NCBI GenBank assembly: GCA_951406725.2
Contig: OX597829.1
Span: forward strand, 17,112,001-17,176,000
From: Octopus vulgaris
Lineage: Eukaryota
Direction: 5' to 3'
DNA length: 64,000 bases
Part shown: one piece after another, positions 39,553-53,119 of the stretch
Layout: every line of letters starts with the position of its first letter
Numbering within the stretch: position 1 is the stretch's first letter
Notes under the pieces: model-generated
Told to the model about the DNA's origin: nothing
Seen by the model: only the letters and a program-made list of their open reading frames with translations
The model's database searches: none
Position numbers and translations under genes: made by a program

Positions 39553-41688
39553 AGAAAATTATTTAGATTCAAAAAGCGTAACAACGTTACAGTCAGTATA
39601 TAAATCGAATTAATATACATATTTCATTCCTTTAATATATTTCATCGGGAGTAAAGTGGCGCTTTTTAAGTGGCCTTAAAGAACTGTTTGATAAATAGAA
39701 ATTGATAAAATGAGAGAATTACAAAAGAACTACAAAAGAATCTTATTATAGCTTCTTTGAAGCCGGTACACTTGCATGAGCGCAGTTCAATGAGTGGAAT
39801 TAAGTAAAAGTGTAATATACTGCAGGGTTTGTTGTGGATGTTATTGTTAATAAGGATGATATTTAGATCGTTGTTGCTCTTATCGATGATCTGCGCAAAT
39901 TTTATCGCTAGAAGCATATATATATATATATATATATCACCGTGACCGACCAGGCTCTCAGATGTTGCAACACATCGCTGGTCACAATGTGCTCCGCATT
40001 GTTTTAGTCTTCAAATGACGCCACCCCGCTGGCTAAGAGAGCAGGCCAACAGAAGAAAGAGTGAGAGGAAGTTGTGGCGAAAAAGTACAGCAGGGATCAC
40101 CTCCCCCCCCCCTGCCGGAGCGTCTGTAGTCTGATGTCTGAGGGTCGCATCAAGTGGCTTCTAGTGGCGGAAACCTGAACTACAACGGGTTTGTCACACA
40201 GGGAACATTTCGGGTTACTTGTGGGTAACCCCTTCTATACGTGCATACATCATAGACTTACATGCATACATACATGCACACACATACATACATACAGGCT
40301 TACATATATACATACAGGCATTCATGCATACATACACACATGTATACATACATATACATGAATACATACATATATACATACATACGCATACATACATATA
40401 CTTATACACATACATACATACATACATACAGACAGACAGAAATGTACACATATTTATATATGTGTGCATGTATGTAAGTATGTACATGTATACATACATA
40501 TACATGAATGCATGCATACATACATACACACATATATACCTACATATACTTATACACATACACATACATGCGTACATACATACATACATACATACATACA
40601 TACATACATACAGACAGAAATGCACACACATGTATGTATGCATGTATGTATGTATGTATGTATGTAAGTATGTGTGTATACGTCAGATGACAGCCTGGAC
40701 TGCTGTATATTCTGTTTTTGGTCTGAATGAGCATGTAAACACATAACGGCATAGGATTCAGCTGAATAAATACAACGATACTCTAGTCTGCGTATTGAGT
40801 ACATTGCCCCATTGTTCGTTACAATGTATTTGGATATACGTCCGTACGTGTGTGTGTGTGTGTATACACGTGCACATATACATAAGTATATTTATACACG
40901 CAAATGTAAGCTGAAACACTTCATAAAGGAACAGGAGGAAATAGAGAAAGTAATGGAGATAAGAAGAGGAGGACAGAAAGGTAAAGAAGGAAGTAAGGAA
41001 GGAAGGAATAAAAGAAGAGAAAAGAAAGAAATAAAATAAATAAAGACTTCCTATTTTAACAAACCAAACATGTTAAGCTTAGATGCCTTTAGCAAAGACC
41101 AGTCTGGAGCAAACATCCAAAATACGTTTTCTATCTAAAGATAGCTTTCACGTTTTTTTCTCTACCTATTGTCATTCAGGTACCGAAAAGAGGCTGACGG
41201 ATACCGCCGTTCCTTCACTGACCAAGCCATTTAAAATTTGATGCAATCACATCTGATGAGAGTTCAATAAGTTTCGAAAATCGATTGTGGATATTTATTA
41301 TTTTGTTGGCGCATGCGTGGCTTTATGGTAAGAAATTTGCTTCCCGTCTACATTATCTCGGGTTCAGTCCCACTTTAAGGCACCTTGGACAAGTGTCTTC
41401 TTCTATGTTCTTCGACCAAAACCTTATGGGTAGATTTGGTAAGTGTGAGTGTCTTTGTGCACGTGTTTGTCGTCCCCACCCCCATCCCAGCTACCTCTTG
41501 ACAGCTGGCGGTGGTGTGTTTACGGCCCCGTAACTTTGCGGTTCAGCAAAAGATAATGATAGAATAAATACCAGACTTAAAACGTAAAATTACTGGAGTC
41601 GATTCGATTGACTAAAATTCTTCAAGGCAGTGCCCCAGCATGGCCGCAGTCAGATGACTGAAAGTAGTAAAATCTAAAGATATGTAAT

Positions 41689-42082
41689 TGCAGGAGTGGC
41701 TGTGTGGTAAGTAGCTTGCTTACCAACTACATGGTTCCGGGTTCAGTCCCACTGCGTGGCACCTTGGGTAAAGTATCTTCTACTATAGCCCCGGGCCGAC
41801 AAAAGCCTTGTGAGTGGATTTGGTAGACGGAAACTGAAAGAAGCCCGTCGTATATATGTATATATATATATATATATATGTATGAGTGTGTGTATGTGTG
41901 TTTGTCCCGCCAACATCGCTTGACAACCGATGGTGTTGTGTTTATGTCCCCGTAACCTAGCGGTTCGGCAAAAGAGACCGATAGAATAAGTACTAGGCTT
42001 ACAAAGAATAAGTCCCGGGGTCAATTTGCTCGATCGACTAAAGGCGGTGCTCCAGCATGGCCGCAGTCAAATGACTGAAACA
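41689..42082 (+). mobile_element. tRNA-headed SINE family B (bipartite, internal TA/TG microsatellite), full length
   Basis: Head GCAGGAGTGGCTGTGTGGTAAG with the B-box-like GGTTCAGTCCC, and tail CAGCATGGCCGCAGTCAAATGACTGAAAC. More than 15 whole or partial copies are in the window. Confidence 0.85.
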
Positions 42083-43041
42083 ATATATATAGAGAGAGAT
42101 AGAGAGAGCGAGAGAGAAAGAGTGTGTGTGTTTGTGAAGGAGAGGGAGAGAGCTATATACGCGTATACTTACACACACACACACACACAAGTGAAGGGGA
42201 CAGAGCGTTTTATAAGAAGGAAGTGGAGAAAGAGCACGGGAAAGAGGAAGACAAACAGAAGCAAATAAATTTTAAGAAAGAAAGAAAGAAAGAAAGAAAG
42301 GAAAAAAGTAAGAAAGAAAGAGCAACAGTTGGGAAAAAAGAAAGAAAAAAGTTGGCGAGAAGGCAAAGCCAGCTGCATTGTAAAAATCAATGTTTACATT
42401 CAACAGACGTGACTCATCGTCTCATGTGTTTTGTCTTGTCACAGTGTTGATGTATACAGATGATGAAAACCGCCTACAACGAAAAGTTGATTTGGTTTTA
42501 TTTGTTTACTTTTCAGCTCTTCCCCCCCCACCCACCGCCACCACCACCGCTGTCTCTGTCTCTCTCTCTCTCTCTCTATATATATTTATATACATATATA
42601 CATGTGTGTGTGTGTGTGTATGACGTTGCATTTAAAATAGAAAGTTTAAAAAGAATCACTTGTTGGTATTTTGTTCATATGTTGAACATGTGACTAATTT
42701 TAATGGAGCATATATACATATATATATATATATATATATTCAATGACAAGTTAATGTTAATATCACACACATAATATATAAAGGTATGTGTACACATACA
42801 CACATACAAATATATATGTATATATATATATATACACATATATATATTTATATATGTGTACACATACACATAATATACATACACATTAATACATGTGTGT
42901 ATGTATGTATGTATGTATGTGTATACATAATATATATGTATATATAAACGCACATCTATAATACACCCCCATACAAAGCATGCACACGTGTGTATATATG
43001 TGTATATTTATAAAAAATCTCTCTCTCTCTCTCTCTCTCTA

Positions 43042-43091
<50 letters not shown>

Positions 43092-44278
43092 TCACGTGAT
43101 CACGTGACCGACCAGACTATCAGATGTTACACATCGCTGGTCACAATGCGCTTCGCATTGTTTTAGCCTTCAATTGACGCCACCCCGCATGTATAAATAT
43201 ATAGGAGTGTATGTACATGTAAACATATATAAGTGTAGGTATATATGCATATAGATACACATGTATATGTGCGTCTATGTATGTGCATAGACAACCAATG
43301 GTCATATTTGTAGACAACCTCTCTGCATAATAGAAACCTATTATACATAAAAATACAAGGTAAGAGGCCTCATAAAGGCAAACATGTGGCCCTTGATAAA
43401 ATATGCCAAAAAATTCTAAATATTTATCCACATGGTTTAAGCCACAGGCACGTATACAGTACCCATCACTGACGAGATCCAATAATATTGAGACTTGGCG
43501 TCAGTTGTCTTCAGACTTCGAAAGATCAGAATTACTCATCAATGCATTCCATATTTAATTCTTTTTTTTTTATTTTGTCAATAAATTTTGGAGATGTGTA
43601 TCGCCATTGCCTTCTTTGCTTTTTAGAGAGGTCTGCATAATTAATTAATTAATTAAGACAATCACTGCTAGATTAGTAACTGATTCATGTCACTGTTGTA
43701 TTAATAGGTGGGGTGGGTGGGGGGTAGAGGCAATCAAATTTACTCAGAAGTCAGTTATCGGCCCGAAACCTAGTAGAAGACGAAAGTGCTCCGTAATGGG
43801 ACTGAACTTAAAACCACATAATTGCAAAATGATCTAAATCACGCAGGCATATACGTGCTTGTTTGTTACACACAATGTATATACATACACAATGGTGGTC
43901 ATTGCACGAAGCTTAATGAATGTTGTTATCGTGCAATGCCTGTGCAAGAAGATTTTTTTTAAAGTGAGGAAAGGCTGTGCACTGAGTCAATCCCACTCAC
44001 TAAGCAACAGCAGCCATAATCCGAAAAGAAGAAGAAGTCAACATCATAAGTAACCTCTGAGCCGCAGGTTTTATGTCGGAGTTATCCCAGTTACCTGAGT
44101 TACCTTCTCCTAGAAGGATGCCCTAACAAAGGGTAGGAGTCCTTCACTCCCAATGGTTTAACCGCGCGATCGGGTATTCAGTCCGATTATTTCTATGTCC
44201 CCGCGCATGATACAGCCTTAAGACATTTATTGGATGGCCGTTGACTCTCAAGAGTTCCTCCGCTCTTATACTATATAT

Positions 44279-44395
<117 letters not shown>

Positions 44396-45012
44396 ACACA
44401 CACATACAACATACACACACAGTTAATATACAGTAATAATAGTTTCAAATTTTGGCATAACGCCGGAAAATTTTGAGTGAATGAGGAAATAGATTACATC
44501 GACCCCAGAATTTGAATGGCTCTTATTTTATCGTCTCCGAAATGATGAAATGCAAAATTGACCTCGGAGGAATTTGAACTCTAAACATAAAGACGAACAA
44601 AATACTGGTAAGCATTTTGTCCAGCGTACTGACGGTTCTGTTACCCTACAGTAGTATACATTAACAATAAACACAGGTGTTTTTAAGTTTTGTATTGTAA
44701 CACACACACACACACGTATTTCCGTAATCTGATTGTCGTTATTATGTAAGCGAATTTGCATGCAATCGACGCACTTCTTCGGTATTATCAGTAAAAAAGT
44801 ATAAATAGAAGATATGTATATTTCCTCATATAATACATTATTCAAGTTATGTGCCACTTACTTGGTATAGTAGAATAGAAGATGACAGTGTACGAGATAG
44901 CAGGATTGTGTGAGAAGGAAATGATAGTATAGAGAGGGGAAGACTTTTTATGGCTTGTCTACCCTTGTACACATTCCAGTAGAATCACACGTACTCATAC
45001 ATACACGCAACG

Positions 45013-45045
<33 letters not shown>

Positions 45046-45650
45046 CGCAGTGAAGTGGAGAATAAAGTGACCCCGAGACAATGTAGCATCACTGATAAAC
45101 GCAAGAGCAACAGACAGGAACAATAAAAGCAAAAATAATCAGTGGCATACATCAAAATACGAAAACCGAGATGATGGTCCCTGCTGACATTTATACGGTA
45201 TGCGGATCAAAGCATTTCCGATTTGGCAGCTGGCATATTCATAAACAGTTTCCAAACAAAGATAATGGCAGGTCATCGGACACGCCACCCACCGCAGGCA
45301 CGCGCGCAAAAACACACACATACGCATTCATATATGCGCGCGCATATATACAGAGATCTATACGCATGGACACACGCGCGCACACACACAGATGCATAGT
45401 CGCATGTGTAGATGTACACACGCACAATCATATATGTATATATGTATATATATGTACATGTGTGTGTATGCGTATGTGAAATTGAGTTTGACTCAATGGC
45501 CGATAACTGATGAGAATTTGGGGACCTTTGTCTGTTTTCAATTCGCGTGTACATTTACTATACGTTTTTAAAAAAAAAACTTTACACACACACACACACT
45601 ACAGCGACCAGCAACCTTTCGATACCACAAAACACACGTAGCAACATCTC

Positions 45651-46046
45651 TCATCATTGTTCGACCGTGGTCGAGACAATGGAATTCACTATGTTACGCC
45701 AAACTTCGCGGTCCATCATAGCATCACGGAGGTCCTGTTGCTGGATGCCTGTATCCCTGGAGATTACATCAGGGTAGGAGAGTGTGCGTCCTCTGGTATC
45801 ACGAGCAGATGGCTTCCAGAGAAGAAGAGTAGAAATTACCTCGTTTTCAGCTCTACAACAATGTCCAGCAAACTGGACTCTTCTAACTTTCACAAGAGAT
45901 GATACAGGTGGTAATTTCCCATATATTTGTACTTTGGTTGGATGACGCTTCCACGAGAGATTTTGAGCTCTCATGAGGAGGCAAGTGTAGGTTCCATCCA
46001 ACCGCCTCTCAAGCTTCTTTGATAACGTCCAGGTTTCTGAGCAACA
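45651..46046 (-). mobile_element. RTE/RTE-X clade LINE 3' fragment
   Basis: The ORF SETWTLSKKLERRLDGTYT...RRVQFAGHC...LLLWKP...DAMMDREVWR is a typical RTE-type C-terminus. Confidence 0.88.
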
Positions 46047-46204
46047 TATCTGCAAGACTACCGAATGTGTGTGTGTGTGTGTGTGTGTTTGTACATTTCC
46101 ACAAATACAATAACAAATTATCCATAAGTATTATGTAATATAATAAAACCGGGCCTTGTTTCCAGATGTGCTCAATCCCTTTGTTATATAGCATCAATAT
46201 TGTG

Positions 46205-46384
46205 TTTTTTCTCTCCTTTTTCCTCTCCTTGTTTCTTCCTTGTTTTTTCTGTGTTCCTTTCTGTCGAAGAGCGTAGGCTCGAAACGTAAACGACTTTTTC
46301 TATTCCTGAGCGATATACTAATACATCTGTTTGTTTTGTACACCACCTGCCTTCGTCTTTTGTTTTATTTTCGTAAACTCTCCT
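46205..46384 (+). mobile_element. Penelope-like element remnant with a minimal hammerhead-like motif
   Basis: GAAGAGCGTAGGCTCGAAACGTA lies in a ~170-bp repeat also found at about 12193-12315 and 51350-51508. Confidence 0.5.
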
Positions 46385-46567
46385 TGTGTGTGCATTGGAA
46401 TTGTAATATTACTCGTATCAAACATCGTTGCTCTGGGCCTTGCAGACCTGAGAATGGCCGGTATCCAAGTAAGTCGGAGTATTAGTTGATCCGTTGCCAG
46501 GTGCCATAGTGTTTGATAATGGGCATTGGTATTTTCCAACAAGCACGACTGGGGTATATATACTGAC

Positions 46568-46801
46568 GGCGGCGAGCTGGCAGAAACGTTAGCACGCCGA
46601 GCAAAATGCGTAGCCGTATTTCGTCTGCCGTTACGTTCTGAGTTCAAATTCCGCCGAGGTTGACTTTGCCTTTCATCCTTTCGGGGTCGATAAATTAAGT
46701 ACCAGTTACGCACTGAGGTCGATATAATCGACTTAATCCGTTTGTCTGTCCTTGTTTGTCCCTCTGTGTTTAGCCCCTTGTGGGTAGCAAAGAAATAGGT
46801 A
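46568..46801 (+). mobile_element. tRNA-headed SINE family A with a Deu/Nin-like central domain
   Basis: Head GGCGGCGAGCTGGCAGAAACGTTAG...GAGTTCAAATTCC and core GCCTTTCATCCTTTCGGGGTCGATAAATTAAGTACCAG. More than 12 copies are in the window. Confidence 0.85.
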
Positions 46802-46804
46802 TCG

Positions 46805-46975
46805 GCCACTTTGCTTATCCAGGTTAATCTTTCCTCCTGTCATCTCCACATATTCCTTTCGAACGGTATCGACCAACATGATTTCCTTGGTGGGTGTCCG
46901 ACACTCATTATCATGGCGATGACCCACACGCACCAAAACAACTCCAAGTCTGAACGCCATATTCTTCCATACTTC
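46805..46975 (-). mobile_element. Degenerate Tx1-like reverse transcriptase fragment
   Basis: The peptide EYVEMTGGKINLDK resembles the L1/Tx1 motif SGxKINxxKS. Confidence 0.5.
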
Positions 46976-47183
46976 CGGTTTCTACAATAGAAACTGAAGA
47001 GATGCAAAAGAACATTTTGCAACGCGTGAAAATATTACAAACTTTGCAAAAAAAAAAAAAAAATGAAATATGTCTAAAGACAAACAATTCCTCTATTCAA
47101 GATAATGAAGATACACATTTTCAAATTTTTTTTATTTTAATTTTTTTTTAGTGGTGGTGATGGGGATTACTGTAAACTGGGGA

Positions 47184-47376
47184 ACGTCATTGATTGGTTG
47201 AAATTGCCGAAATGCAAGAAATTAAACAACAAATAGCTTACAAACTACAGAATTTTCTCAAGAAAGCCAAGAGAAAAGATGTTTTATGTAACACATTCTA
47301 CTAGTAAACGAAGTTTAAAAGTGTTTAGTTACAAAGAAATTATTTTAAAAATCTGCCGGTCAAAGTGAAAAGATCC
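47184..47376 (-). mobile_element. Truncated copy of the 29641-type MITE
   Basis: Reverse-complement match to about 29641-29835, with one TIR. Confidence 0.8.
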
Positions 47377-47715
47377 AACACTTTTAACCCCTTCTATTAT
47401 AGTCACAATGTCTGAAATTGTGGAGTGAGGGGGGTAAGTTGATAAAATAGACCCCCCCCCCCATGCTCAACAGGGAAAGGTTACCGTAGATTAATTAATA
47501 GACGCTGTGAAATGTAAACAATGTATAACAGAAAGGGACGGTAAATGAGAAACATTTAATGGACGCTGTGAAATGTGTGCAACATATAGAAAAGGGGAAA
47601 TAATCGAGGACAAGTTTAATAGACCTTGTGAAATGTATACAATGTATAGAAGAGATAAGGTCACCGTGGGTCAATAAATGATGTGAAATATATGTATTAG
47701 ATAGCAGGAGATAGC

Positions 47716-47864
47716 CGGTTGTATGGTAAGTAGATTGATTACTCATCACATGGTTCTGGGTTCAGTCACACTGCATGGTACATTTGACAAGTGTCTTCTA
47801 CTATAGCCTCGAGCCGACAAAAACCTTGAGAATGGATTTGATAGAAGGAAACTGAAAGAAGCTC

Positions 47865-47912
<48 letters not shown>

Positions 47913-48026
47913 CCTGCTCACTTAGCCAGCAGGGTGGCGTCATTTGAAGGCTAAAACAATGCGAAGAGCATTGTGACTAGCGATGTGTAGCAACATCAGA
48001 TAGCCTGGTCAGTCACGGTGGTCATG

Positions 48027-48084
<58 letters not shown>

Positions 48085-48300
48085 TGTGTGTGTGTATGTG
48101 TGTGTGCTTGTTCCCCTACCATCGCTTGACAGCCGATGCTGGTGTGTTTACGTCCCCGTAAGCTAGCGGTTCGGCAAACGAGACCGGTAGCATTAAGTAC
48201 TCGGCCTACAACGAATAAGTAAGTCCTGGGGGTTAATTTGTTCGACTGAAGGCGGTGCTCCAGCATGACCGCAGTCAAATGACTGAAAAACAAATAAAAG
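47716..48300 (+). mobile_element. SINE family B with a nested family D tail (47889-48030)
   Basis: The head and tail of family B are separated by (TA)n, a D fragment and another (TA)n. Confidence 0.8.
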
Positions 48301-48566
48301 AATTAAAAGGGGAAAAAAGGCTACCGTGAGCCAATGAATGTGTGAAATGTATACATCGTATATATAGCAAGAGAAAGGTCAAGAAAAGTTATTCAGGCAA
48401 CACCATTTAATTAATTCTCAAGACTTCCATTTCAACCAAAAGATAGGATCTAAAGTAAATTCTTCGCCTAAAATTTTCGCCTGCGACTTTACAGGCAAAT
48501 GTTCAGAGTTGAGCCGTTATTGCCCACCTGCCATTCCGGAATTTAAGAAGCTTTTACTACAGGAAG

Positions 48567-48636
<70 letters not shown>

Positions 48637-48980
48637 CGGAATGCCGGATGCTATAAGTCTGTCTCCTTCCTGCCTCATTTTTATCGTCGTGTGAATAATA
48701 CTTCAATAAGTTCATGACGGTTCAGCCGTAAAGAATTCTATCTAACCTATGACCTCACTTCATTTTCATCCAATGGTATCCAGAAAAGTGAGCAACGTTT
48801 ACCGTGGTAATAACAACCCTGGGTGAAACAGTGTTGGGAGATGACCTAAGGGCCAAGTAACAACAGCATCCAATAATGTCACGAAGCTTAAAGTTATTTT
48901 TAATAACACACGAATAACGCATACGGCATTACAATATCGCGCTTTCCCACAGATCTGCGTGGTCGTCTACATGTAGTGCT

Positions 48981-49020
<40 letters not shown>

Positions 49021-49202
49021 TGTTGGTGTGCGTGAGTGAAAGAGAAAGGGAGGGAGAGAGAGAGAGAATTTGTGCGTGTGTGTAAATCGAGTGAAAAAAG
49101 AGTCGGTGTATGTGCGGCTGCGTGTATGGGTTGTGTATATGTGTGTGTGTGAGCGTGTGTGAGGGAGGAGAAGGAGATAGAGGAGAGTGCGTCGATGTGC
49201 GT

Positions 49203-49238
<36 letters not shown>

Positions 49239-49390
49239 TATGCGTGTGTGAGAGAGAGACAGACAGACAGAAGAGAGGAGGGAAGGAAGAAGAAAGGACA
49301 GAGGTGGCGGGGTGAAAGCGACCGAGTGCGTGTGAGTGAGTGAGTGACGGCGTGTTAGTGTGTGTATGTGTACATGTGTAAATCTATGAA

Positions 49391-49422
<32 letters not shown>

Positions 49423-49487
49423 AGAGGGAGAGAGAGGGGTTAGGGGAATAAACAAAATCAGAAAAGGGGAAAACGGCAGAGGGAATC

Positions 49488-49518
<31 letters not shown>

Positions 49519-49562
49519 ATTGTGCAAGTGAAAATGTTAGTGTGTATGTGTGTATGTGTATA

Positions 49563-49595
<33 letters not shown>

Positions 49596-49679
49596 CTGTA
49601 CGCTCCTGTGCTTGTGTATATGTAAACGTGTTGTGTGTGTGTGAAAACGTTAGTGTATTTCTGTGTCTGCGAGTGTATT

Positions 49680-49718
<39 letters not shown>

Positions 49719-49979
49719 ATGTACACTCCTGTGCTTGTGTTCATATGTATGCATGTGTGTATATGTAAACGTGTTGTGCGTGTGTGTTTGAAGGCGAGTG
49801 CAACAAGTGTCAGCGTGCTTTTATAAGTGGGCGTGTCAGCGGACTGAGAATAGCTGCAAGTGCGCGGGCGCGAGCGTGTGTGTGACTTAATATGCGTGAG
49901 AGCCAGTTCGTGTGTGTGTGTGTGCGTGTGTGTGTGTGAATGTCAGCGGGGAAGAGAAGCGGTGCGCTCGCGCGGTTGC

Positions 49980-50012
<33 letters not shown>

Positions 50013-50063
50013 TGTGTTGGGTTTTATGATATGAGATACACTGTGTGCATTGCGTGTGTCGTC

Positions 50064-50101
<38 letters not shown>

Positions 50102-50537
50102 TGAGTGTATATAGTGATTACACGCCTTCAGTGGGTCTCGGACGACGACAAAAAAGAAAAAAAAAAAGAAACCGTGAGAACATTTATGAGAAATGTGTTA
50201 GTTGTAGAAGTAGTAGTGGTGGGAGGTGGGTGATGGTGGTGGTGGTGGTAGTAGTACTAGTTTGTTGTTGTTGTTGTGGTGGTGGGATTATCATTATCAT
50301 CATCAGCATTATTATCATCATCATTATTATTATTATTGTTGTTGTTATTATTGTTATTATTATTTCAAACTCCGCCGAGGTCGACTTCGCCTATCATCCT
50401 TTCGAAGTCGATAAAATAAGTACCAGTTGTATACTGTGGGATTGATGTAATCGACTCGTCCCTTCCCCTCAAAATTGTTGCCCTTGTGGCAAAATTAGAA
50501 ACCATCATTATTATTATTATTATTGTTATTAGCAGCA

Positions 50538-50915
50538 GCAGGAGTGGCTGTGTGGTAACAAGCTTGCTTACCAATCATATACTTCTGGGTTCATTCTCAC
50601 TGCGTGGCACCTTCGGCAAGTGTCTTCTACTTTAGCCTCGGGCCGATCAAAGCCTTGTGACTGGATTTGTACACGGAAACTGAAAGAATCCCGTCGTATA
50701 TATATATGTGTGTGTGTGTGTGTTTGACCCCCCCCCCGACATCGCTTGACAACCGATGCTAGTGTGTTTACGTCCCCGTAACTTAGCGGTTCGGCATAAG
50801 AGACCAATAGAATAAGTACTAGGCTTACAAAGAATAAGTCCTGGGGTCGATTTCTTCGAGTAAAGGCGGTACTCCAGCATGGTCACAGCCAGATGACTGA
50901 AACAAGTAAATGAGT
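50538..50915 (+). mobile_element. SINE family B
   Basis: Matches 41689-42082. Confidence 0.85.
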
Positions 50916-51863
50916 GAAAGTGTAGTAGTAGTAGTAGTAGTTGTAGTAGTAGTAGTAGTAGTAGTTGTTGTTGTTGTTGTAGTGTTATTGTTGTTCTTCA
51001 TGTTGATTTGTTTTGTTATTGTCTTCTGGGAGCTGTTGTTGAAATGACTGAAATCGTTCCTCGTTGGTGATGTCAGTGACGTTGGTCGTTGCCACTGCAG
51101 TCAATGCTGTAGTTCTGTGAGTTGATAGTTCTGTCCAGATTAGTTATCAGGACCCATCATAAACGGACCCATAAATAACATTAAATGTTCAATATTTGCT
51201 TTGCTTCTCTTTTTTTTTTGTTCCCCTTTACGAACACTTAGCTGTTATGTCTAGCAAGGAAGGAAATCACACATATAAGCTACTATATACATTGAACGTT
51301 AGAGCAGTACATTAGCGAGTATATATATAGATCGTTAGCCACTACACACATTTTTCTCTCTCCTTGTTTTTTTCTGTGTCCCTTTCTCTAGAAGAGCGTA
51401 GGCTCGAAACGTAAAAGACTTTTTCTATCCCTGAGCGTTATACTAATACATCAGTTTGTTTTGTACACCACCTGTCTTCGTCTTTCGTTTTTTTCATGAA
51501 CTCTCCTTATATATATATATATATATATATATAATGCTTACGGTGTGAATGTTGTTTTTTTTATTACAGTGCCGTGATTTACAATCCTGTAAGTCATAAT
51601 AATGATAGTATTTTAATATAAGCTTAAAGCTTATGGCGATCACCGTGCAATGACTAAGGAAAATAATCTAATAAAGGGGCAGAAAGAAAGGCTGTTCCTG
51701 GGGGAACAACAAGCAGGTGTATTAGTTCGATGCTCGGGAAGAATGGAAAAGTCTTTGGTGTTTCGAGCATACGCTCTTCTTCGACAGAAAGAGTTGAGAG
51801 GAAAAAATTGGAGAACGAAAAAAAAAGTGGAAACAGAAAAAAATGTGTAGGCATTAACGATTC

Positions 51864-51908
<45 letters not shown>

Positions 51909-52375
51909 ACACACACACACAGAGTCGTGATCGATCAGAGTATCAGATGTGAATATACATCGTTGGTCACAATGCGCTTTGGATAGCTTTTTGCTTTCGA
52001 ATGATGCTACACCCCTATTTTTTTTATGACTGCATTTATTTATTCTTTAACTAATGTATATATTTTAAACTTTAATGGTATTCTGTATTCTTCCTTTTTA
52101 ATGTTTTCATAATGTTTTAAATATAAATTTCTTTGCACGTCCTTCTCTGAAAGACATTCTCACATGTAGCAGATGAATTGAAACAATTGTAGGTCTGGTC
52201 TTGTCAATGTATTAATAAACTTTTATTAATCTCATCTCCATCTTCTATCTTGGCAAAGTCAAGACAAGGAAGAGAAAAGCGAAATTCTGTAATTTCTTCA
52301 TTATTTCTAATGAGATGTAACCGTAAAATAATGATTGCATCCAAGAACTAAACACATGCGCGCATACATTCTCTC

Positions 52376-52410
<35 letters not shown>

Positions 52411-52810
52411 TGTGTACAAACATGTATATATATATATACATATATATGCATACATATATGTACAAACATATGTATATATACATATATAAATATATGTACA
52501 AACGTATGTATATATATATAAATAAATATGTATATACATATATATTTGTACAAACATATATGTATATATATATATATATATAATATATATATATATATAT
52601 AATATATATACATATATATATATTCATGTACTCATATTTGCGCACGCACGCACACACACACACACACACTCACAAGAATCCTTGATATAGTTACAATATT
52701 TGAATAAAGATTTTCTAAAACTGAAAATTTCTAATTACTTTAAAAACCTTTAATAAAATAGGAAGGAGAATGGCACACATCTTTTGGAAAGATTTTGTTT
52801 CGTTTTAAGA

Positions 52811-52863
<53 letters not shown>

Positions 52864-52867
<4 letters not shown>

Positions 52868-53119
52868 GTTGGTGCATAATAATTGCGGCTTTTTTTCAAC
52901 AAATTTATTCAACAAAAACAATAACAACATGTAACAAAAACATCTTTAAATGATTATTCCGGAGCATATTCACCATCTACTTCGATTACTGCTTCTCATT
53001 TGCTTGGCAGACGGTCAGACGGTCATTTAAAGATGTTTTTGCTAAATATTGTTATTGTTTTTGTTGAATAAAATTTGTTGAAAAAAAAAACCCCCCGCAA
53101 TAATTATGTACCAACCCAA
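52864..53119. mobile_element. Palindromic mariner derivative (Hsmar1/MADE1-like TIR)
   Basis: TA|TTAGGTTGGTGCA...TACCAACCCAA|TA with ~90-bp inverted arms. The interior encodes a mariner C-terminus on the minus strand, DRLPSK*EAVIEVDGEYAPE*. Confidence 0.85.

Noticed and set aside
40123-40182. Hammerhead-like CTGATG...GGAAAC closed by TGTAGT/ACTACA
   Set aside because: Core spacing and stem III cannot be built convincingly.
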